A stretch of DNA of 64,000 nucleotides, from assembly GCF_009914755.1 (NCBI RefSeq), contig NC_060928.1. One strand, written 5' to 3'. The position numbers and the translations under genes are program-made. Shown one piece after another: positions 48,593 to 64,000 of this stretch. The stretch's first letter is position 1; every line of letters starts with the position of its first letter. Under the pieces are notes generated by a model. That model saw only the letters and a list, made by a program, of their open reading frames with translations, ran no database searches and was not told where the DNA came from. This stretch comes from the human T2T-CHM13v2.0 reference genome, Homo sapiens.

Positions 48593-48624
48593 TGACTGTG
48601 CCCAACTAATTTTTAAATTTTTAA

Positions 48625-48762
<138 letters not shown>

Positions 48763-49273
48763 TAGTTGAATAATTGGATAGAAACTTGAAAAATACTCTG
48801 AAGGCCTTAAACATTACAAAAATAGGGAACCATTAGAAAACAACTTTTAAAACAAACTATGAAAGAAAAATTAATTTCTTTCTGCTTTGAAGACCTCGGT
48901 AGAAACAGACTGGAATATATATTACAATTTTAAGTATCTGTAAAATACTTACACAATGGAACACACAAAAGCACAATAACAGAATAGGAAGATTTAAAAA
49001 TCAAGTATGACCAAAAAATTTATCCATCTCCACTTCCATCCTGGACATGGTGTGTCTTGCTTTAACTTCTGAAATAGCTCCTACTCGAATAGGTTTCTCT
49101 GCTTTTACCCTTGCCTTCCTAAAAATCCACACTCCACATGGAAAGCCAAGTAATCCTTTTTAAAGAACTTAATAAGGCAGGGTCAACTCTCACACTTAAT
49201 ACTCTCCATTGCCTTCCCAGTGCACTAAAATAAAATCCAAATCCCTACTCATGGTTCATAAGGTTTCACATGA

Positions 49274-50070
<797 letters not shown>

Positions 50071-50234
50071 ACCTCTACCAGCAGTTTCTTTTGTCTGGAA
50101 TGCTCTTCACAATCCCCCATCTTTACAAGACAGGATTCTTCACATGCTTTAGATTCCAGCCTACATAGTTCTTTCTCTGAGAAGCTTTATCTGAGCCCTC
50201 AGTTTAAAGTAATAAAAACAAAACAAAGACTAGA

Positions 50235-50545
50235 GGCTGGGTATGGTGGCTCACACCTGTAATCCTAGCACTTTGGGAGGCCGAGGCAGGTGGATCATTC
50301 AAGCCCACAAGTTGAAGACTAGACTGGGCAACATGGTGAAACCCTGTCTCTACCCACAAAACTACAAAAATTAGCTGGGCATGGTGGTGCACATCTGTAG
50401 TCCCAGCTACTTGGGAGGCTGAGGTGGGAGGATTGCTTGATCCCAGGAGGCAGACATCAGAGTGAGCCATGGTTGCCACTACACTCCAGACTAGGTGACA
50501 GAGTGAGACCCTGCCTAAAAACAACAACAAACCTAAAACAAAACC
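50235..50545 (+). mobile_element. AluJ-like
   Basis: Dimeric Alu. Confidence 0.85.
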
Positions 50546-50842
50546 AAAATATATTTCTATATGCCAGGCACTTTCTAACCCTTTACATACAAAACTCAAA
50601 ATATTCTCACAAGAACCCAATGAGAGAGATTCTATTATCATTCCCATCATATAGCAAGAAAACTGAATCCCAGCAAATTTGGGTAAAAATCTCAGTATAC
50701 AGCAAGAAAGTAGCTTATAAGCACCTTTATTTAATTGCTGTGCTCTGCTGCCTGTACAGGGAGCCTTCCAGCTACTCTCAACCATATCACTGTTTTTATT
50801 TTCACTATGGCACTTTTCAAAGTGTGATTTTTAAATTTGTGA

Positions 50843-51506
<664 letters not shown>

Positions 51507-51850
51507 AATTAATATTTTTTGAACGAATGGATGAATAAGTGAAAATTAAGAAATCATTCAACTTGATAAAAATAAAGATTATGAAAGGACCAATTTTATT
51601 CCCACTCAAAAGTTCCTACTTTCTTTTAATGCTATGCTGTCTGATGGCTATAGTACCTGCATCCCTCATTTATTCTAGAGAGGAAAGATAAAATACCAGG
51701 TAATGCACCATGCCATTAAGGGACTACAGTATTTCTTCAGATTGGGAAGCCTCCCAAAGGTAATATTTAAACTGAGACCTTAGTGACAATAACTCAAGCC
51801 ATGTGAAGATGGACACAGGGGAAGTATTCCAGGCAGAGGAACAGCTATAA

Positions 51851-52479
<629 letters not shown>

Positions 52480-52919
52480 TAAAGTCCGCATTTGCCTAAA
52501 GCACAAAGAATAGATTTTTAGGGGGATAAGATTAAACACAGTAGGTTTCCGAAGTGGCTAGAGGAAGTGGTGGTTTAAAGTGGGGTAATGCTGATAGATT
52601 ATTCTGACTGTGTTGTGGAAATTGAGTTGAAGGAGCTTGCTGGTTGATTGGATGTGTTGGAAAAAAGGGAAAGAAAGGAATAGTGAAAGACCACCTGAGT
52701 TTTGGCATGAGCAACTGGGTGGAATAGTGTCATTATTCATTGAGATAAGGAAAACTGAAGAATAAGTCTGGGGGAGGGAGCTGAAAGTGAAGTTTGTTCA
52801 TGCTAAGGTTGAGATGCCTCTTCAGCATCCAAGGGGAGATGACAGATAAGTACAAAGAGACATGAGTTTGGAGTTGAGTAGTGAAATCCAGGTTTGAGAT
52901 ACAGATTTGGGAATCATTG

Positions 52920-53262
52920 CTGGAGACTCAAGAGAGCCAATTGTGTAGTTCCTGTTTAAGGGCTGGTAGGCTTGAGACCCAGAAAGAGCTGAAGGCAAGG
53001 GGGAAAGGTCAAATTCACAGGCAGTCAAGCAGGAAGAATTCTCTTCCTCAGGGGAGGGTCAGCCCTCTTATTCTCTTTAGGCCTTCAGCTGATTGGATAA
53101 GGCCCACTCACATTAGGCAGATAAATCTGCTTTACTCGGTATTCCCATTTAAGTGTTAATTTCGTCCCAAAACACTTCTACAGAAACACTCAGAATACTG
53201 TTTAATCAAATATCTAGGTGCTCTGTAGCCCAGTAAAGTTGACACAAAAATTAAGCATCACA
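52920..53262 (-). mobile_element. MLT2-type ERVL LTR fragment within L2-like sequence
   Basis: CTGATTGGATAAGGCCCACTCACATT..AATCTGCTTTACTC..AAGTTGACACAAAAATTAAGCATCACA. Confidence 0.8.
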
Positions 53263-54479
53263 CTGTGATTCAGGGAAGGTGTTTGGAAAGAGGGAGTGGC
53301 CAACCATTAAGACTGGCACTGCACGATGTGTTAAGAAGTTTATAGACCATTTATTTGGCAAAAGGGTTTTTTGAATATCTTTGTAGAAATTATTAGGAAG
53401 ACAGAAGGTATGAAAGGGCAGAGTATTTCCTTAAGATACATTTCCTGTGAAATTACTCTGCCAATGAAAATGAAATTTTAAATATCCTATTATACATGGT
53501 ACATTTGCTTCAACCTTTCTGAAGGATAGTTTAATACAGAAAAAAAACTCATTAAAAAAGGCAACTAGGTTTAACATACATAAACTATATATGTATATAT
53601 TTACACATCTGTTTAATTTGAGGATGTAAAATACTATTACTTTTTAAAGCTTTTTACTCTGAATTATATATTTAAAAAAAAACAGTGCAGAGAGATTCCA
53701 CGTAGCCTTCACCCAAATTCTCCCAAGTGGAAGTCACTATAGCACAAAAACAAAACTAGAAAATTGACATTGAGCTGTGTGTGCCAATATTACATCATTC
53801 TGTGTCATTTTGTCATGTGTAAATTCATGGAACCATCACAACTCAGATATAGAATTATTATGTCACCACAAAGATCTCACTCAAAAAGTGTTATGTCCTA
53901 AGGCTTTCGTTTGGAAAACAGAAAAAAAAATCATCCACATTTCCTCCCAAACAATTATTTTTATTGCATATATTCCCTCACAGTTGTAATTACTGTATAT
54001 CATAATATTTTCTTAACAGCAAATGCACATTTTCTTCACCTTTGACTTTGTACACCTCTAGGTTTTGAAAGCAAATCGACCCATGCTGCAGGATTATCAC
54101 AGGGTTGTTGCCACCCCTGAAATATTCCTTGTGGTAGTACTGATTGCTGGTTAAGATGGCTACATTTAAATACTCATCTTCTGAAGCTTTCTGTGGAGAA
54201 ATTAAAAAACATATATCTTGTATAAAGTCATAGATAACAATCAAAAGAATAAAAAGTATTTGTTCTTCAGTAGTCCATCTGTGTAACTATCATTAGAATT
54301 GTATGAGGAGCCTAGCCCAATTACTTTTCATGATTTAAGTGAATTTAGCATTTTCTTGTTGCTTGTACTTTGTATGTAGATTCTCTAGATGCCAATAATG
54401 ATGGGTTAACTTTTAAAGAAGTGAATATATATACACATATGTGTATATACCTATATATAAATTGAGGAGACGATTTAAC

Positions 54480-55230
54480 TTTTGAAAACGATGTCTTGAC
54501 TGAATACTGCAAAGCCAAAGACAAAAAAGCAAACGCTGTATTCTAATTGGTTACTTTGTTTCTCATAAAGGGACAGGTTAGCAATTATGTAACTATGTTA
54601 TGTAACTAGTTTACACATATAGTAGAGTTTAACAAATAAGCAAATAAATCTTAGCTAATAGGAGACAGGTTTCTCAGCAACAGAAAAGTTACAAATAAGC
54701 AAGGGGTAAGGTGAGGCTAGAATGAATCCTGTGGTGCTGAGAGTTGGAGATATCAGTATAAACTCGTTTATTTCAATAAACTGTAGGTATATATGTATAG
54801 GTATCTGTGTATACATACAAACATTTCCTAGCTGTGTCCACTGAGGGGGCCTACACAGTGATAACCTAGTAGCAGTAGCAATGAGCACATCTTGTGCCCA
54901 GATCTTGGTTTCTAAAACCATTTTTCAGTACAGGGAACAATGGTTTCTTGGGAAAAAAAAATCACTGATTCTAGGGCTGGGCAGGAAAAATAAAAGATGA
55001 GCTTGCAGCATATTGGAGCGCTGGAGAGTAAGGAAGTGCTGAAAAAAAAAAAATAAGGCCAAACAAACAAAAAACACATAGGGAGAGGCATGTCAAAAGG
55101 AAACAGGAACAAATTTTCCAAGAGCTCTCAAAGGCCAAAGCTGCAACACTTTGAGCAACAGTATGATAGTACTGGATTACAACCCAAAGAACAATGTATA
55201 TATCCATGAGTCCACACTGATAAAAAATAT
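54480..55230 (+). mobile_element. L1MC/MD-like 3' fragment
   Basis: TTTCCTAGCTGTGTCCACTGAGGGGGCCTA..ATGAGCACATC..CCCAGATCTTGGTTTCTAAA..ATCCATGAGTCCACACTGATA. Confidence 0.75.
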
Positions 55231-55651
55231 TGGATAACAATTTTCCTTAAGTAAGCTTCTAATTAATAAATGTATCAGGAAATAGGAAGGTGAAACATCT
55301 GGTGAACCTTTGAGCTGGCTAATAAATGTTTTTGCCAACCAACCTATTTTGTGTTCCTTCTGATGCATAACAATGGAAAGAGGATTTTTTTCCCCTATGA
55401 GTTTTGAAAATCAGAAATACCTTTGTGTCCATCACCAGTAATGTTGAAACTATTTTCTATAACTTGTCATGCCCTACAAACCTTACTTTAATCAAATATT
55501 GTGCAGCTTAACACACCTCATAATCAGTCATGCTATTTGATGAAACTTTATCCTTTTAATAAGACATTTTCTAACATTCCAATGACTGCCCCTTTATTTC
55601 ATATTTCCTCTTCACTTTGTATTCGTACTTGACATTGTGAAATGAGGACCA

Positions 55652-56149
<498 letters not shown>

Positions 56150-56299
56150 TTAATGGCTTCTCTAGTTTCAATGCATATTGCATAACAAACACAGGAAGTC
56201 CTATATCTTTCAGCTCAAGGAGGCTTTCTCTTGTGTCCTATATTGCTGAAAGTTTTTATTACCTTCTTTTGTGTGTGTGTGTGTGTGTGTTTTGTGCTT

Positions 56300-57820
<1,521 letters not shown>

Positions 57821-58349
57821 AGAGTAACATACTAGGTATGCTGTTCTGCATCTTGCTATTTTTCAGTAATAGTATAATCTTTAGCAAGCTATCTACCCTT
57901 TGAGTTGATTAATCTGTAAAATATGAACACCGAGAGGATTAACTAGAAAGATGCATGTAAGGAACTCACCAGAGGACTGGGCAGAGTGAAGCATTTGATA
58001 TAATAGATGCCACCTCAACACTCCCTGCATCCTACTTCCACCTGCGGCCCATTTCATAAGATGGCTAAAATGCATATCAGACTAATATTCCATTAGACCA
58101 CTAAAATGCCCATGGGAAATCAGGAAAGCTCAGATCATACCAGCCTAAATTATTTGTGGCTTTCTCCCTAAAGTAAGTTTTCAGTCAATTCTGATGACTA
58201 CCCAATATTTATTCTTTGAGACAAATTTAAGGACATAGTTTTGTGTATGTGTACATTGGATTCTTCTACCTTCAACCAAAATCAAGGGAACAAAATTCCC
58301 TTATCTATTCAAACACACTCTTTGGTCTATCCAGAAGCCTACAAAGTGC

Positions 58350-58520
58350 TGTTGGGAGAAACTATCCTGCCCCCAACTTAGTTCCAGTGTTTGGGGGCTT
58401 GCAAATTAACAGATCAATAGAAAAAACATTTATTATATATGCATGCAAGAACACTACAAAGAGTAGCTCTCTGAACAGCAAGGGGTAAGGGTTTACAGAT
58501 CAGCTTTATGGTGTGTGTCT
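58350..58520 (-). mobile_element. Degenerate, truncated 3' LTR (MER34-type) with the likely HEMO poly(A) signal at 58434-58429
   Basis: Minus strand reads AATAAATGTTTTTTCTATTGATCTG..GGAACTAAGTTGGGGGCAGGATAGTTTCTCCCAACA, like the R/U5 end of MER34-group LTRs; the U3 boundary is unclear. Confidence 0.6.
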
Positions 58521-58717
58521 TAAGGCTTCAGAATGAAACTACAAAAAGTTCTGATAAGGCTTATTTACAATACCTTGGGAGGTCCTAGTGCTAAGTGCCC
58601 TTATAAGAGGAACACTCAGAGGAGGGTTTTGGCAGCTGAATTCTCGGTAAGACCTGCTTTACTCATCAAAGTTTAGCTAAGGCTTTTTGTCTGCAGCTGC
58701 TGTTTGTTCAGATATTC

Positions 58718-60409
58718 TCAAAGTAGACTTGTGTCATATTGATGGGTTGTTAGTCCCTTCATTGCCCTATTTGAAACTTGACATGAAGTTTCACTGACAA
58801 GGAGCTGTGCTGATTGCTGTGGAGATAAGGCTAGGTTCAGAGGTTGGGAGTTAAGGGATCTGCGAGATTTGCGAAAGACACGAACATAGATTAAAACAAA
58901 GATGAATAAGCAGAAAAGAACAATTAAAAGCACATAGCCCCATGATCTGAACCAGTCTCCCACTTTTGCAAATATGCCTTGCCAATCAAGTAACGGTACA
59001 TTCTTCAGGTTCTCGGATGCTTCGTGGAGACGCTGTATATTAGACTTTATTTCTTCCGAATAATTTATATAGAGGCAACACTGTTTGCCAACAGTTCCAC
59101 AAGCCGTTTGTCGTTGGGTGGTCGGTATATCCAAGACATGATCCTTTCGGGATGCAGAGGCTAAACTGCTAACTTTTGATTGGTGTGCTTCCAAGGTCTG
59201 CTTAGTGGCACTGAATTCCTGTTCCATTGCTTTGGAAATGTTTAGAATTGCCTTTTCTAAATCATAAGTTCCCAAACTTGGAAAAAGGGCCCTTATTGTT
59301 GAATTGTCCTTGGGGTTGCAATACAGAGGTGGATTGTCTGTGTCTCCTTGGGTGCATCTATGCGGTGTTACTTTATGAATGAAGGATCTCAGGTTTGTAA
59401 TTTGGCTAGCATTTAAGGTGAGGTATCTGGTGAGGGAAGGTACAAGATACCCAAGTCCACATCGCCCAGACCATTTAGGTGGAAACCCTTTGTACACCCC
59501 ATTGCCGCACAAAAAAAAGAGGCCAGAGTTGTTCACAGACAAGGTCAGATTGGAACCTGTGAGCCACCAGGTGGGGGTCCGGTGTCCATCATGACCTTTG
59601 TCATTAGTTATGCTGGCATCTGCACATCTCCATTTCCCATGTGCCTCTGTCAGGCCATAAGAGCAAAATAGGTTGCGAAATAGCTGGTACAGAAGGCCTT
59701 TGGTTTGGTTTTGGCAGCTATAGAGACAGGTGTCATTACCTGACCAGGTCAATCCAGAATTTCGATCTACCCATTTGTAGTCTTGGGTATTGGGCAGACC
59801 AATCAAGGGAACAGCTGAGCTGTTCCAGGTCCGGTTTGTGCAACCTGCAAACCAGGAACATTGTCTAGTGCCTAGGCAAACACTTGTATCATCATCATCG
59901 TTCCTGGATTCATTTGTAACATCTATAGAGGGCATGAAGGTGCCATCTGTAGAATCAAACCATAGTATTTGATTACAGTATTGTTTAGGTATATTACCTA
60001 GGAAGGGTCCACTGCCATTTTTATTTTCTACGCAAAGAGAAAAATTTCCCTCCAATAACCTTACTTGAGCAAAGGATAGACCTTGAGCTTCCATGGAGGC
60101 TTCCCAGTGCCAAGTCACTTTACGATAGGAGGAAGTAGAGTGATTCTGTACTTCTGCTTGTGGATACCACACCCTTTCATACATCCATTGTCCAGAATAG
60201 GTCCACCAGGTGCTTGCACTGGCAGGAACAAAAACTAGTTCGGGTTGTTCTGCATTATCTAGATGTTCACATAACCAGCAATTAGACTGATTAGTCAAGA
60301 TAGATAGTGTCCGGAAAACTGGAGCAAGCAGGTGCTGAGGTTGTACTAGAATTGTCAAAAAAGCAGTAAGGGTTAGTTGAAGCAGGGCATAGTTTGAAAG
60401 GGAGCCCAT
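58718..60409 (-). CDS. ERVMER34-1: Endogenous retrovirus MER34 envelope protein (HEMO), 563 aa
   Basis: Uninterrupted 1692-nt ORF from ATG 60409 (CCACTATGG Kozak); signal peptide; CWLC at 60280-60269; CTQG (aa 352-355) in place of a furin site; CX6CC CGTVGKQCC at 59101-59075; TM segment YVLLIVLFCLFIFVLIYV; 15 N-x-S/T sequons; sequence recognised. Confidence 0.98.
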   Translation of the reverse strand: MGSLSNYALLQLTLTAFLTILVQPQHLLAPVFRTLSILTNQSNCWLCEHLDNAEQPELVFVPASASTWWTYSGQWMYERVWYPQAEVQNHSTSSYRKVTWHWEASMEAQGLSFAQVRLLEGNFSLCVENKNGSGPFLGNIPKQYCNQILWFDSTDGTFMPSIDVTNESRNDDDDTSVCLGTRQCSWFAGCTNRTWNSSAVPLIGLPNTQDYKWVDRNSGLTWSGNDTCLYSCQNQTKGLLYQLFRNLFCSYGLTEAHGKWRCADASITNDKGHDGHRTPTWWLTGSNLTLSVNNSGLFFLCGNGVYKGFPPKWSGRCGLGYLVPSLTRYLTLNASQITNLRSFIHKVTPHRCTQGDTDNPPLYCNPKDNSTIRALFPSLGTYDLEKAILNISKAMEQEFSATKQTLEAHQSKVSSLASASRKDHVLDIPTTQRQTACGTVGKQCCLYINYSEEIKSNIQRLHEASENLKNVPLLDWQGIFAKVGDWFRSWGYVLLIVLFCLFIFVLIYVRVFRKSRRSLNSQPLNLALSPQQSAQLLVSETSCQVSNRAMKGLTTHQYDTSLL

Positions 60410-60699
60410 AGTGGAGGAACAGGCTAGATTAAAACAAGCAAACTCCAGACAATGGAGATTCAATGAAAGGGGAGGGTTTTGTTTAAATTTCTAAGTCAGA
60501 GAATTTTCCAGGTTGAGGAGGGAAGATGTTTCAGCTAGTTGGAGATGGAGATGAAGTTCTTGGTCTGAGATACTGAGTAAAGCTGTCTACTTCATCTGCT
60601 CATGGAGCCTGTGAGTAGGTGCCAAAATTCCTCAATTTGAGGTAACCCATAGCCTTGGCCTTCCAGTTGTCATATAATGATCTCAATCTAGCTTCCTGT

Positions 60700-61780
<1,081 letters not shown>

Positions 61781-61784
61781 AAAA

Positions 61785-62438
<654 letters not shown>

Positions 62439-62445
62439 GTTAACA

Positions 62446-63192
<747 letters not shown>

Positions 63193-63735
63193 TATCACAT
63201 ATGATGCATTCAAACTTAACCTTAGCTTTGACAGTGCATAAAAACCAAGTGTTGGTATTTGACACTGTAAGCAGTAATGGCCCAGCAGAATAGTATAGAC
63301 TGCTTTCACCTGAGAACATCTGAAGACTGGCTGACTCTGGTCATAATGCCTCCCAGAACCAGATTTCAATGGGTACGGACATTTGAACTGTTACCTACTT
63401 AGGCCATGGAATGTCTCAAGTTACTCAAACTCACCCGCAAAGGCCTTGCGTCACTTGCGTTCCTCCTGATCTCGAAGGCAGGTGTGCACACTTAGCAGCT
63501 GGCTGTTGCTACCAATGGATTCCCAGTTGTGCTGCCTTTGCCTAACCTCTACATGCTCTCCCAGGCATAACCACAGAAACCTTCACTGAGATATTGAAAT
63601 TAGCATTAACCACCCCACACACCTGTTTTTATTTACTCAGTTTTGACAAGCCTTTCCGTGTATATTGCTGTGAAAACAATGAGATAGCTGTAGGTATTCT
63701 AGGACAACTTTCTTCCTCTCAGGTAAGTTGCATAG

Positions 63736-64000
<265 letters not shown>

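Noticed and set aside
55230-55473. Assigning a family to genes A/B (HIRAN-like KIGWL or scramblase/Tubby-like patterns)
   Set aside because: Only a few residues match and the frame is uncertain; the implied 61-nt intron at 55420-55360 is also unusually short. A profile search is needed.
60410-60463. 18-aa N-terminal extension of the env ORF (581 aa in the ORF track)
   Set aside because: It starts at a TTG. The ATG at 60409 has strong Kozak context, directly precedes the signal peptide and gives the known 563-aa protein.

Overview
Primate (human-like) genomic DNA, recognisably the 4q12 DANCR-ERVMER34-1 interval; roughly two thirds is interspersed repeat. 1-19.1 kb is a decayed ERV1 (MER4-group) provirus with gag remnants, interrupted by a near full-length old L1 that carries a 3' transduction, other LTRs and many Alus. 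A CpG island at 27.0-28.0 kb drives the 3-exon lncRNA DANCR, which hosts MIR4449 and SNORA26 and takes its poly(A) signal from a solo LTR. On the minus strand at 58718-60409 is the intact 563-aa captured retroviral envelope ERVMER34-1 (HEMO), between a wrecked integrase and a degenerate 3' LTR. Read by hand and not explained by these features: (i) a 7-exon decayed protein-coding-like gene on the minus strand, starting in a second CpG island (37395->33639); (ii) a second set of exon-like segments (63585->~53350) that weakly resembles the first and brackets the HEMO provirus, suggesting HEMO landed in an intron of a pre-existing host gene and took over its promoter; (iii) a diverged copy of DANCR intron 2 with a SNORA26 paralogue just upstream of the HEMO provirus remnant. 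Repeat subfamily names and most repeat boundaries are by eye and approximate. The two pseudogene models are hypotheses that need comparative alignment.
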